From positions 12,090,001 to 12,154,000 of the forward strand of contig OZ024758.1 in assembly GCA_964016885.1 (NCBI GenBank): 64,000 nt of DNA, in the 5' to 3' direction. The notes beneath the pieces were generated by a model that did not search any database, was not told the origin of the DNA, and was given only the letters and a program-made list of their open reading frames with translations. A program made the translations under genes and the position numbers. Source of the stretch: Eledone cirrhosa (taxonomy: Eukaryota). Position 1 is the first letter of the stretch. Each line of letters starts with the position of its first letter. Shown piece after piece: positions 1-13,313 of this stretch.

Positions 1-93
1 AGTTCCCTCCAGTGTTGGTCTATCATTTAACCTATGCTACGAGCTGTCCTGCCTATGCCATGTTTCTGCAAGTACCCTCTGAACATCTTATGC

Positions 94-117
94 TATAGAC
101 TACGTTTCTAGTCTATA
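94..117 (-). ncRNA. 3' half of a hammerhead ribozyme (GAAAC-GTA-GT-C) inside a small fold-back hairpin next to (TA)n
   Basis: TATAGACTA cgtttc TAGTCTATA; the minus strand reads GAAACGTAGTC-TATAGC (stem III plus GUC triplet); the CUGAnGA half is absent. Confidence 0.35.
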
Positions 118-131
118 TATATATAAGTATG

Positions 132-209
<78 letters not shown>

Positions 210-216
210 TATCTAA

Positions 217-257
<41 letters not shown>

Positions 258-375
258 GTTCAAGGAAAGAACAAATAGATGTACAAAGAGTCTTATTAGT
301 TTCACGCTATATATGGAAAAGGGGAAAGAAAGTTTGACGTGTCGGATGTGTGCCTATATGTATGTGTATTATATA

Positions 376-549
376 TAATTGTTTCTACTATTCGCACAAG
401 GCCAGCAAGTATTCCAGTGCATTACTGGTACTTATTTTATCGACCCCGTAAGGATGAAAGGCAAAGTTAACCTCGGTGGAATTTGAACTCAGAATGGCAA
501 AGTCCGTAAAAGCATGGTGTCCGACCCTCTATCAATACTGCCAATCCAC
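376..549 (-). mobile_element. tRNA-derived Meta-type SINE
   Basis: Reverse complement has A-box TGGCAGTATTG, B-box GAGTTCAAATTCC and core GCCTTTCATCCTTACGGGGTCGATAAAATAAGTACC; more than 20 copies in the window. Confidence 0.85.
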
Positions 550-1226
550 TGGAATTTTATTAGCTTGCAGTTATCAAGCTTCCATAGATCTGACAAAATT
601 GATGTTGACGTTGATCCCGATATATACGACTACAAGTATAATAACCCACTAAAGAATTCTAAAAGTATATATAATTGTGTAATTCAATTTTTATAGACAT
701 TATTTCTCGACTCCCACTAAATTAAACATATTGGGAATATCCTTTGTTCTACAAAATATGAAACACCTGTCAATTAACAATACTCCTTTTGTTGGATTTA
801 CTGCTTTGAAAATATATTTCGTCAATTTTCAGATATTTTGGAAATTTATCAATAATTCCTTGAACCTATTTTGAATCCTAATAGGAATTCTTATTTACAA
901 TTTTGAAGTTCATATTTTGTTTATGTTAAGTACATCATTATTTTTTGTATTTCAAAGTTACTTTCCGCAGATGGTTTTTTTATCACAATACACTGGTTAG
1001 TTATTTGTAAAATTAATTGGTTGTTTTGTTTATTAACGAAGCTCAAAAGACTATCCAGCTGATGCTTGTTTATTCAAGTCTGGTGCGGGGGGATTTCCTA
1101 CTGGGCAGAAGTAAAGTTCATCACAGGCTCAAACCTCGCGTTATTTCTAGTTCTAACATTTAGCTGATTCTAGCGAGTTATATTGATGCTTCACATTTGG
1201 ATGAAAGATAGACACCGACTCACACA

Positions 1227-1329
<103 letters not shown>

Positions 1330-1397
1330 GCTTGCGTAAGTGTATATATATATATATATATATATATACATACACATGTATATATATATTTGTTTGC

Positions 1398-1453
<56 letters not shown>

Positions 1454-1468
1454 TCACACGCGCACACG

Positions 1469-1522
<54 letters not shown>

Positions 1523-1542
1523 TAATAATATATGTATGTATA

Positions 1543-1598
1543 AGGACAGTCAGGACCCCGACGGCAGAACTCCGACCGTTTCGACACCTAGATCCGAA
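1543..1598 (-). mobile_element. Fragment of HHR-element family F3 (stem II 3' strand, GAAAC, stem III)
   Basis: Homologous to 18236-18415, 40702-40893 and 47257-47452; flanked by TA-rich repeats. Confidence 0.6.
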
Positions 1599-1653
1599 AT
1601 ATATATATAATTGGAAACGTTGTTGTCATCGCTAGCATTTCTTCTCTCTGTAT

Positions 1654-1737
<84 letters not shown>

Positions 1738-1744
<7 letters not shown>

Positions 1745-1875
1745 TAACAGATTAATCTGTTATTTTAATAAATATTTGCTCTAGGGTTCTTATATATTTG
1801 ATATATATTTGATATATATTTATCCTTATCTTGCCACCTCTTTGGATTTTAGTCTTTACATTTTTATTATTACCA
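1738..1875 (+). mobile_element. 3' tail of family F1 with a 32-bp perfect hairpin at its 5' end, in (TA)n
   Basis: ATTAAAATAACAGATT|AATCTGTTATTTTAAT; homologous to 2781-3068, 22671-22840 and 32240-32282. Confidence 0.7.
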
Positions 1876-1917
1876 TATATATATATATATATATATAATA
1901 GATACATATATATATAT

Positions 1918-2016
<99 letters not shown>

Positions 2017-2017
2017 T

Positions 2018-2662
2018 GTTTCTTTTATTTGCCACCAGGGCATCAAAAGTGGGACAAGTACAATGGGGGGAGTTTACAAAACAAGGCGTCCTCAATAAGG
2101 AGGAGGCAATAACAATATATAAAAATAAAATAAAATATACCAAAAAGTAAAATTTATAACAAAGTCCTCAATAGAGAGGAGGCGCCTTGGGGGGTCGCAC
2201 ACACCCCCGAAAAAAGTGTGCAACCCTTCTCCTCAGGAGCACAGAGAAGGGGTGCTCCCTTGGTCTTTCATCTTCCTCATCTATAGTCTGATGTAGAGTG
2301 AAGGCCCATTCACACGGGCCATTCTCGCCACTTTCACCCATCTTTCATAGAAACGGCTGGGGTGCAGCACCTCTCTCTCCATCCTGATCCTTCTTCCGAA
2401 ATGATATCGGAAGAAACGGACCAGTTGTTGGCCAGAGAGAAAGGTGCCTGACCTCAGTCCTTTCAGACGCGTCCACCATACAACCTCTTTCGCCATGGCT
2501 ATTACGCACAGAAACACCGCCTCTGCTTCATCTTTGAAGGGGGGAGGCGGCTTGATCATTACAATAGACTCGGTGGTCAACCGGATCGGTCCCACCCTTG
2601 ACAGCAGTTGTTCGACATAGCCCCACAGATCGGCTACGCCCGAGCAGTGTACCAATGCGTGT
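2018..2662 (-). mobile_element. 5'-truncated Tx1/L1-clade LINE (ORF2 C-terminus plus 3' UTR) inserted in (GATA)n
   Basis: 2281-2662(-) encodes HALVHC...LWGYVEQLL...IAMAKEVVWWTR...RW, resembling an L1/Tx1 ORF2 C-terminal zinc-knuckle region; the UTR ends AATAAAAGAAAC; (GATA)n on both sides. Confidence 0.7.
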
Positions 2663-2746
<84 letters not shown>

Positions 2747-2747
2747 T

Positions 2748-2780
<33 letters not shown>

Positions 2781-2784
<4 letters not shown>

Positions 2785-3068
2785 ATAATAATAAAATTGA
2801 AGACTAAAATCCAAAGAGGGCTCGATAAGGAAAATATATATCAAATATATATCAAATATATATCAAATATATAAGAACCGTAGAGCAAATATTTGCCAGC
2901 GAACGTTACCACGAACCAAAGTATCGTCTTCCTGTCTTCCTCCGGTTGCAACGTTTTTTGAAATATCCAGTTCTGCGTTTACAGATTGACTTTGTTAGCT
3001 TCAGAAGATCCCGTTAAGGGTGAAAGCAGCGATTCTTTGCTTAAACTTTAATCTGTTATTTTAATAAA
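2781..3068. mobile_element. Family F1 element with inverted (twin-primed) structure and HHR-like motif CAGAAGA-TCCC-GTTAA-GGGT-GAAAG at 3002-3026
   Basis: 2781-2894 is the inverted 3' tail; 2896-3068 is the adjacent upstream part in + orientation; (TA)n on both sides. Confidence 0.65.
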
Positions 3069-3128
3069 TATATATATATATATATATATATAAATATATA
3101 TAGATAATAGATATATAATAGTTACATA

Positions 3129-3159
<31 letters not shown>

Positions 3160-3707
3160 AGATATAGATATAGACATGGAGAAAGAGTGTTCGTCATGGA
3201 TGACAAGCTTATATGGGATTAATTGAAAACTTTTGGGAAATACCCACGCAACAAACGGTAAAGTCGGTGACGGAAAATATTCCATTTTGGCGCCAATGAG
3301 AGCAGAATATTTATAACAGAATATCGATGCATTGATATATCTTTTATTAGAGTATCGTAAGAAAATATTAAGCAGGAATATATAAAAGAAAGCAATTATA
3401 TCTTCAATATAGAAAGACTTTCCAATAATTCTTTTGTTGACTCACAACTAAATGGTTGATGCCTTTAGGGTTGCTATCTCAGTCTTGTCGCCATTTTATT
3501 GTTCTCGGCCGACAATTTGTGTGCATTAATAAGAAATCGATACAGAGGAAAGAATAATATTTGAAATAGAAACTTCATCATTTGTACGTTAAGAGTGGTA
3601 ATGTATAATATTTCGTATATGTACACACACACACACACACGAACACAAACAAACACCCACACCCACAAAGACATATATATATATAGATATAGATAGATAC
3701 ATATAAA

Positions 3708-3833
<126 letters not shown>

Positions 3834-3916
3834 CGTGTGTGTGTGTGCGTGTGTGTGTGTGTGTGTGTGTTTATATATATATATATATATATATAAGGAA
3901 CGCTTTTTAGTTTTTT

Positions 3917-3956
3917 GCCCTTGAGAAGCCCTTTCGGACGAAACGTACGTAGGTGC
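3917..3956 (+). ncRNA. Minimal type I hammerhead ribozyme, U3/A8 variant core (in element 3895-4160 within (TA)n)
   Basis: GCCC TTGAGAA GCCC TTTC GGAC GAA ACGTACGT A GGTGC; palindromic stem III; GUA triplet. Confidence 0.7.
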
Positions 3957-4159
3957 TATTTTAAATAAATAGGTTTTAACGGGTTGTTCTCCTTTATATA
4001 TTTCTCCACGTGTATCCGTTCTGCTGATTTTCTCGCCCACTAAATATTAAGGCTTCTAATATTTAACACTGCAGGCACAAGCATTGAGCACCCTTTGCAT
4101 ATGATATTGGCAAATAACTACATGTATCTCCTATTTCTTCTCTGGACACTTAATTACTT

Positions 4160-4240
<81 letters not shown>

Positions 4241-4242
<2 letters not shown>

Positions 4243-4452
4243 CACGAGTTCACGATAAACAAAATTCGAAATGAGTGGCAGAGGGCTCAATAATTCAGAT
4301 AAATCAGAGCTATAACTATCGATAAAATACCAACACACATAGATCATGTCTAAAATCAACCATACGACCGAAAAATTACGATCTGGAAGATTCGGGTCAC
4401 TCAGATAAAATATCAATAAATCAATAAATCAAATGAATGTAAAAAGAATAAA
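4241..4452 (-). mobile_element. Short (TA)n-embedded element with 3' GCTC..GAGC hairpin
   Basis: Flanked by (TA)n; hairpin at 4285-4310, ~45 nt from the TA junction. Confidence 0.4.
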
Positions 4453-4519
4453 TATATATATATATGATAATGTTGACTTGTTATTTTTGGTAAATATCAT
4501 CTTGGTTAAGAGAGTGGGA

Positions 4520-4783
4520 CTGGCTTTGTGCAGTGCCCTTGCTCACTATTAAAGCTTCACGGCACAGGCATTGCTTTATATCTGGAGATCTCTCTGCACT
4601 TGTCGTCACATGGCACCATGGGCCCAGCACTATGTGTTTATAATTGTCACAAGTGTAGTGTTTGTACCAGAGTCTTCAAGTCGGTGGCTGGACTAAAAAG
4701 TCACTCGTTCAGCGCATCGGTAGGGGTTCTCCTACGTGGATATAAAGTAGTGGCCGTACTCGAAAACGAGTTGGCAGCCACCA
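4520..4783 (+). mobile_element. RTE(-BovB-like) LINE 3' end with C2H2 zinc finger remnant
   Basis: CSVCTRVFKSVAGLKSH motif, then a short 3' UTR running into (TA)n. Confidence 0.5.
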
Positions 4784-4996
4784 TATATATATATATATAT
4801 ATAATGTATTGTCCAATGAAATATTGAGAACTAATCTCTCTATTTACAATCACTTTAGCATAATCCAAACCATACACATTCACCCACACAGAGAAACACA
4901 TACATACATGATCACACACACACGTACACACAGAAACACTTGGCCACAGATACATATGCATTCTTTGTGCTGTGTGTGTGTGTGTGTGTATGTGTG

Positions 4997-5072
<76 letters not shown>

Positions 5073-6550
5073 TGTGTGTGGCTTTAAGTGGTTTGAAAGA
5101 TACTTGGACATTTACATTTACACAAATACATGTGTTTACTATAGCTTCTTCCGCAGCTTTAACCTATGATCTAAACTTATTATATTCAAAGTAGCTTTTC
5201 TCACATTTATGATATTTATATGGTACCTCAAAATATTTTCTACATGCTACATACATAACTATTGTCTGTATCGTCCTTATTTCAGACACACCTGCCACAC
5301 ATAAGTGTAAGTACATACTGGTGCCTAAAGTCTTGCTTTCTTGTACTCCTTATTTAAACAAAAGTAGAGTTGGATTTCTAGAAAATATAGAGATAGTTTC
5401 TAGTTAATGGAAGGTTTATCTGTCTTATCTTCACTATCCAAGAGCCAAACTATCTGCTATTGTCTAGCATCATATCAGAGTTTCAATTTCACAATTTTTC
5501 CATTGTGATCTTCCATCTTTGTCCACGGTGGCATTATATTAAATTTCATCAGAATTTTAAGATGATAGGAAGTGATATGTTGGTATTGTGATTTGATTTG
5601 CATTTTAAACAGTTTCATGCTTTGTATTTGATCATTTTATAGAGGCAGACTTATCGTGTATATGTCCAATTGAAAGGTATACACGTACAGGTACCGTCTT
5701 TCAAACAATAACCATCGCCTTCCATACCTATTATAATAATTCAGGCAATTAAAACTTAACAATCGTGGTCAGAAAACTGTAGAAATTCAGAAGCGTAGAT
5801 AATATATAATTCTTTAGTTATAGGAATAACTATGACAAAGTAATATGTATAAGATAATGGAGCGTATAAACCCACTGAACTTAAAATTGTCAAATATTAT
5901 AGCGTTATTTCAATTTCTTTACTTTTAGTTGGCAAATCCGTATAATCTATCAAAAAGAAAAACATCTATGAATATAGGAAATAAAATAGGAAAAATAAGC
6001 GAGATCTGAAAGCGAATTGTTTGCAACTAAAGATTGATCTTTCATTAGTCTGCATTTTGTATATAAATCTTTATTTGTTCCAAGTGTTATTTATATATTA
6101 ATATTCCTATTTTATATATTAATATTCTTGTGGTGAGAGTGTTGTGTGTGTTTTTTTTTGTTTATTTTGTTTTTAATATTCTCACAATTTTATATTCGCC
6201 GTATAAATATATGAAACAACTTGGTGATAATATATTTTCTTTTCTTAAAGTTGATCACACAATAAACAACATTCTTTAAAAAAATGTTCTTATCTGCAAA
6301 AAAAAATAACAATTTCTAAAGACAAAATTGTAAGTAAGAGAAGAAGAAAAGCAACGTTAATGTCTATCAAACATACGATCAATAAAAATGAGGCAAACAT
6401 TCAATTTCTATAGTATTTTTAAACAGCAATGTAATCAAAGTGAGAACTTTCATCATAGAAATTGTGTTTATTTTCTCGCGGGCTGAATTATACCTGTCTC
6501 TGTACTTACTCGGCATCTCCCTATACATTGAGTACTTCTATGATTTGTGG

Positions 6551-6608
<58 letters not shown>

Positions 6609-6676
6609 AGTATCAGCCGTATATATATATATTTAAGTATCAGAGTGAGAAATGAAATTTCGTCTCATTCTTTTCC

Positions 6677-6732
<56 letters not shown>

Positions 6733-6738
<6 letters not shown>

Positions 6739-7322
6739 ATACTTGGGGAGGGTCATATTTGTGTAATATTGCGAGAATCAATAACAGAAAACATTCACTG
6801 TTTGGTTGGTTTTCGCTTCTCGCTTCTGTGTCTTTTATATCGGTAATCTAACTTACTCGGTCCTCAATGTTGCCATTGACTGACCGGCGGTCAAAAATAA
6901 TACAGATACAATATAGACACAAACACATATATATAGTTTATCATAAATCTTTCGTTGCACATCAGAAAAATGGCGTAGACATACAATACAACAGGAGGAA
7001 AAGATAGCACCACTGACGATGTTGCAGATGTGCAACGAAAGATTTATGATAAACTATATATATGTGTTTGTGTCTATATTGTATCTGTATTATTTTTGAC
7101 CGTCGGTCAGTCAATGGCAACATTGAGGACCGAGTAAAAGACACAGAAGCGAGAAGCGATATAAAAGACACAGAAGCGAGAAGCGAAAACCAACCAAACA
7201 GTGAGTGTGTTCTGTTATTAATTCTGGCAATATTACACAAATATGACCCTCCCCAAGTATAACAATATTTGTTTCGACACACGATTTCATATAAAAAACC
7301 TCGCAAAAATAATTCATCGCCG

Positions 7323-7323
<1 letters not shown>
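6733..7323. mobile_element. Palindromic HHR element (arms 6733-6963 and 7028-7266) in (TA)n
   Basis: ~230-bp inverted arms; homologous segment at 51438-51590. Confidence 0.8.
7004..7056 (+). ncRNA. Type I hammerhead ribozyme (CUGACGA core, extra U before stem II)
   Basis: CTGACGA T GTTGCA GATG TGCAAC GAAAG ATTT A TG; perfect 6-bp stem II, weak stems I and III. Confidence 0.6.
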
Positions 7324-7388
<65 letters not shown>

Positions 7389-7392
<4 letters not shown>

Positions 7393-7572
7393 GGAAAAGA
7401 ATGAGACGAAATTTCATTTCTCACTCTTAATACGGCTGATACTTAAATGTAAGTATGTATACGTACATACATATTGTATACAGACGTACAGTAGTATGTA
7501 TATATATATATACATACATGCACACATATATATATGTACGTATGGGTTTACCGAACGTTTACATTTATAATG
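7389..7572 (-). mobile_element. 3' tail of the family carrying the 61442-61484 HHR
   Basis: Reverse complement of 61580-61685; its end is duplicated in + orientation at 6604-6680; another piece at 60372-60443. Confidence 0.65.
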
Positions 7573-7826
7573 TATGTATATATATACATACTATATATAT
7601 ACATGTATGTATATATACATGTATGAATATATATACATACATGCATAGACGGTTGTCCCCTTTGCTTCTGCTGAACATCACCAGAGGGTGTTAGCCCCCA
7701 CCCCCCCACCCCCCGGTGTTTGAGAAGCTACAGCTTCCTAAATCTGTATCTCTTTGGAGATACGAAATATTTATACATATTGTCTAAAGCTATGCTTGAA
7801 GCGAAATCTTATTTCTTTTATATATA

Positions 7827-7873
<47 letters not shown>

Positions 7874-8435
7874 CAAACACTGTAAAAGAAATAAAAGTAA
7901 AAATCAATGTGTAGCCGTAAAAATGTTAAAAGCCAATATTCTGTATATTATAGAAGTTTCTATTTCACTTCATTTCATCGACATATTTGCTATCTCCTGC
8001 TTAATGTTGCTACAAGAACATATCCTATTCTAACATTTTTTAATTATACTTGTATTTTCAAAATAATTACAACTTAATTGAACCATGCTGAAAGAAATTT
8101 AAAACTTTCTTTAAATCTCATATTCTCCAGCTTTAGATTGAAGCTGCAGGTTCACATCACACGATAAAACAGGGGAGGGTGGTCTAATTTAGGATATAAT
8201 TTCATCAGAATTAAAAACCTATTTTCTGGATAGTTAATGAATAATTGTTCTTTTAAAACCCACATTAAACCCACAAGTAAATCTAATTCTGTTTATTATA
8301 CTTCGGTTAGTGATTTTCTTACCGAATATATGTAGCTGTAATTCCATATATAGTTAGGCACGCAGTTATGTTTCTTTTACAGCAGAATTTATGTTTTCCA
8401 TTATGTATTTTTTTAACGATAAGCATATACATTAG

Positions 8436-8585
8436 TGGAGGAGCGCGGCCTAGCAGAAAGTGGGTTGGACTTATGATTATAATGTGGTGGATTCCATTCC
8501 TGGACTGGGTTGTATGTTATGTTTTTTAGCAAGACACTTCATTTCAAGTTGCTCCAGTATACTCAGCTGAAAAATGAGTACCAGC
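8436..8585 (+). mobile_element. tRNA-derived CORE-type SINE (degenerate)
   Basis: tRNA-like head plus AGCAAGACACTTCATTTCAAGTTGCTCCAG core shared with 42780-43000, 56455-56702 and 59150-59430. Confidence 0.6.
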
Positions 8586-8661
8586 AATATCTGTGAGTTT
8601 AAAGCTGCATACATCATATTTGCTACAGATGTTTTCCAAATATGATCAGACAGAAGCAAAA

Positions 8662-8890
8662 TAATGATTTCTACTATAGGCACAAGACCAGCAATGATTG
8701 GTACTTTATTTTATCGATGACTAAGGATGAAAGGCAAAGCTAACCTCTGTGGGATTTGAACTCAAGATATGCAAAATAATGGTTTCTCATTTAGGCACAA
8801 GGCCAACAATTTGGGGGAAGGGGAAAGTCGATTAAATCGACCCAGTACGGATGAAACGCAAAGCTAACATCGGCAGGATTTGAATTCAAG
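8662..8890 (-). mobile_element. Two degenerate Meta-type SINE fragments
   Basis: GGATGAAAGGCAAAG...GGATTTGAACTC appears twice. Confidence 0.7.
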
Positions 8891-11104
8891 ACAGATGCAA
8901 AATAATAACAAGAGAACATTAGTTATGTCCCTTGCTCTGTTGCTAAGAGATGAATAGCAACCAAATTCCTCTGAAATAAGTCTCTACTATCTTTAAATGG
9001 AAGTGCACATTATATTCCTAGATGCATCTGAACTAAACAACCACCTAATTATAACAGACTACATTTAGTTATTAACCACGGATTAACCTGGTTTTAAACA
9101 GAAGCTACAACGGAATCTAAAACAAAAATAATATATTTTCTACAAAGAATGTCCCTTTATTTTGATTGTAATTTAAGATAATAACTGCAACATGGACTGA
9201 TATCACCAACAAATAAATACGAAATAATATCGCAACTATAGAATAATTTACATCTATATAATGGTATGCATTAGTGGATTTCATAGATTTTCCACTAGTC
9301 AAAAATTATACATTAGTAGATTAATTAATATTTTCAATTATTAAAATCTGAGCATTTCTACATTTTTTTTTTCACATTTTAATTAATGGTTTGTGAGGAA
9401 TTGGCCTCAACAATAGTCTCTTCAAGTAACATCATTGCAGAATTTGCATTTATATAATATATTCTACCAGGTTCAGCTGCGCTGATGGATCTGCAATTAT
9501 CGTAGCTACTTTAATATAGTGAATTCAGTGTAATTCAATTTTGCGATTCAGTCTTCATGGGTGCATTCTTCAAGAAATAGTTATTTTGCTAAAATACCAA
9601 TGTTTTAAAATTTTTAGATTACATATTCGAAGAGACATTCTGCCGTTTACGCTGAATTAAGATAACTAATATCAATTTCTATCGATTTTTATTACAATGA
9701 TATCCAACTTTATATTCAGCCAAGCAGATAAAAATTGATCAGTTTTATAATCGAAATGATATGGTTTATGTGTAGAAATATATCACAAAAATCATATCTT
9801 GGGCTGAGTTACAGTTTTTGTCGTCTCGTAACTAATCTTGGACAGTGTGGACATCTGACACATAATTCCATATTGCTACATTTATATGTGTATGGATTGT
9901 AATTGTATCTATGGGCTTTGATATTTCAGCTAGAATGTATAAAATCCCTTGCTCTTTCCTTCCTTTTCTTCACAGTTATGGCATTTATAGTGCTTTCCTC
10001 TACTTTCCTGCACATTCAAATTTGCTTTTCTTTACTCTTTCCCCTTGTTTTCTCATTATTTAATTTTATTTATATATATATTTTTTTATATTTCTATCAT
10101 TGTATAATTACTGCTTGTAAAATATAGTTGACATAACAAAACCATAACATTTATAAGTTATAACTTAAATTTCAGCAGAATAATACATATTAAACCATCA
10201 TCTAGTTGTTACATTCATCACAACTAAAGAGAACTTGTATTGAAATATACATAAATTCATACACATAAACATATACATACACATATATCTGCGGTGGGAG
10301 GAACTTGTGAGTGTGCATTTTCTTTTAATTTGAAAAACGTTTTCTGTTTCTAACAAGCAGACTACGATCTAAACAATTGTTTGTTTGTTTGATTGTTTTA
10401 AATAATATAGCAAAAATATTTATGAATATGCCCAGAGCAAACATAATTACGACAAAATGACTTACGGCAAAAGTGTTTCGGTAGAAAAAATATAGCAATT
10501 TTCAAGCAGTGAAACTTTTTTACGCGAAAGCTAACAACCTGTTTTAATTTTAAAACAAACAAATAATTCATGTAGGTTCCTCAAACGAGATCTAATTTAA
10601 CCATATCTAGATTGAAACACAGCAGATTTGAAATGGAATCTTGTGGCAGCAAATTAATGTTCTTAAACACGCAAATATAACTGTAAATTCAAATAATGAT
10701 ATATCACTACTTAAATTTTAATTTGAAAATAAAACTTAAATAATTATATATGACTCACCATCCATAAAATGAATGGCTCCTACACCATAAATAGATTCAA
10801 AGATAAATTAAATTAATTATTGAAGCTATTTTGTTAATGTTTTATCTAAAGGCGTGATGCCAATCTATCGTGTGTGTTAAATGTTTAAAGACACAGGTCA
10901 CATGTATTTAACCTATTTAAATTTCAAGATAAATCATAAAAAGTTTTCTGAAAATATGCTCATTAGCAACAACTTAATTAGCTTGAGTTTGTTTGTTTGG
11001 AACGGCAAAAGTAAGTGTTTATTTTCACCATTAATGATTAAATAGTTCTATCTTCGACTTCTTTAATTATACTGAACTTCAATTAACTTTGGCTCTATGA
11101 ATAA

Positions 11105-11190
11105 TCTATATATAAATTTGAGCAACTTATGTCCGTCACACAAGGTGGAAGGAAGGGATGGTGAATGAGCTATAGCAAAACAGCGATAGG
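11105..11190 (+). mobile_element. Helitron-like non-autonomous element 5' end
   Basis: TCTATATATAAATTTGAGC...GTCCGTCAC, also at 49822 and 57578. Confidence 0.4.
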
Positions 11191-11402
11191 CAACAATAGT
11201 ATGTGTGAACCATTTAATTACTTAAATTTAGAATTCAGTTACTGGTTACCTTGGAAATATGTTTATCCCCTATACCAGAGGTGGGCAAACTACGGTCCGC
11301 GTTCCAAATGCGGCCCACCAAAGAGTTATGTGCGGCCCGTGGAAGCATTCGACGAATTAATTAAAAAGATTAAAATAAACAAATTTTCATATATAATACT
11401 TA

Positions 11403-11535
11403 ATAATTGTTTCTACTTTAGGCACAAGGCCAGAAATTACCCAGTGTATTACTGGTACTTTATTTTATCGACCCCGTAAGGATGAAAGGTAAAGTTAACC
11501 TCGATGGGATTTGAACTCAGACCATAAAGGGACCA
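11403..11535 (-). mobile_element. Meta-type SINE (5'-truncated) with TSD CATATATAATACTTAATAAT
   Basis: Core and B-box present; flanking direct repeat. Confidence 0.85.
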
Positions 11536-11718
11536 TATATAATACTTAATAATGTTTTGTGATGTACAGACACAAATTAAAAGAAAACTTTGTTTTAAGA
11601 TTTTTGTATTTAATCATTTTATTAATTTATGTATTAATGCAGTTTATATTTTATATTTTCTAAATTATAACTGAAGAAGAATATGGTTTACTGGCACACT
11701 ATATCCAATAATATCTAG

Positions 11719-11843
11719 TACTATACTATACTGTACTATACTATACTGTACTGTACTATACTATACTGTACTATATTAAGCTATACTATACTGTACTATA
11801 CTGTACTATACTATGCTGTACTATATTATACTGTACTATACTA
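11719..11843. repeat. (TACTA/TACTG)n pentanucleotide satellite
   Basis: Direct reading. Confidence 0.9.
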
Positions 11844-13130
11844 ATAAATGGTGTGGCTCTTTAATCTTCATGACCCAGTCAATGTGGCCCCCGATCCAAA
11901 AGGTTTTCCAGCCCTGCCCATTTGTAATACTAATTTTGTTTTAAATAAATATTGTCACATAATAAACCATATATGGATATAACATGAAATACTTACATTT
12001 AAAGATTTGTTTCTGATTTTACTCAAAATATCTATCACATATTAAATGTGATATATTGTTAATCTTTCAAAAATTAATACCATTCGATAAATCATATCAA
12101 AAACGATAAACGAAATGGCTTACATGCAAGTCCCTGGAAAGAAACAATGTAGTTATTAATGATACGAAATGGTGAAACCATATATACGCTTCTATTCAAT
12201 TTGCTAGAAGTAGCTGCTAATTCATCCTTAATTAAAGAAGGATATATTGGAACTTATAGTGTCTGATACAGAATAATTGTTAAGCAGGGCAAGGCAAGAC
12301 ATCTGCTAAGATATATGTTAAATTATAAATGAACGGTGAAGAAATAACCATAACAAGTTTTACTGATAAGGATTTTATTGTCACTCGATGGATGAAAGCC
12401 AAATTTAAGACCGTATTATTCATGTGTGAATATATTAGCTATTTAGATTATAATCTGCCGATAGAATAATGTGGTCAATTTCTATAAGATCTGTTTTATG
12501 GCGCTATTTATATATGCTAATCATATTATATTATAAGTAGTTCGAAGATCAATAATAATATGGAATTGGCATAGTAGATAGAATCGATATCAATGTACAG
12601 AATTTGAGAATATGGCGGAAATTAATAAACACCCACTAGGTTCCAACCGGATTTAAATTCACGAAAGTGAGATAGAAAATTAGCTGCAGGAAATTCCATG
12701 ACACAACTTGAAATTAATACTCAGTTACTCCATTCGTTTCCTTTCCTAAAATATCTTCCTTATTTTCATCTCTCGAATACTGCTTAAATTAACACCAGTA
12801 ATGAACGGAATCTCATTTATCGACCATTCATCAATTTTAGATTTATTCTTGTTAATTTGTCAGTTTTAAATTTGAATATTTGTATCCTCTTACACTTATT
12901 ATTTCTTTGTTGAAATATATTTATAACTGCTTCAACCATAACTGATGTTTGAAACTTTCTGCTAACAATTATTTGACAAGAATTTTCCAATAATATTTTT
13001 TTTTTAAAGTATGCTTGTCATCTTATGATGAAACTGTTTCCGATCACAGTTTATCTTTGTGAATATCAAATATATCCTTAGTGAAGTGAAGTGATATGAA
13101 ATATTCATTTCAACAGCTCTAATAAATAAT

Positions 13131-13313
13131 ATAATTGTTTCTACTTTTGGCACAAGGCCAGCAATTATCCCAGTGTATTACTGGTACTTTATTTTATCGA
13201 CCACGTAAGGATGAAAGGCAAAGTTAACCTCGGCTGGATTTGAACTTAGAACATAAAGGGCTGTAACTCTTTGCTGCAAAGCATGGGGTCCGACCCTCTA
13301 CCGATACTGCCAA
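13131..13313 (-). mobile_element. Meta-type SINE, near full length
   Basis: A-box, B-box and core present. Confidence 0.85.

Larger units (their letters stand above)
11276..11916. mobile_element. Non-autonomous hAT (Charlie-like) MITE containing a nested SINE and a (TACTR)n satellite
   Basis: Ends CAGAGGTGGGCAAAC ... GTTTTCCAGCCCTG; subterminal GCGGCCC motifs; TSD not convincing. Confidence 0.65.

Noticed and set aside
10753-10790. Possible 21-nt micro-exon on the minus strand (TAG..GATG|GTGAGT)
   Set aside because: Splice-like motifs alone are expected by chance in 64 kb.
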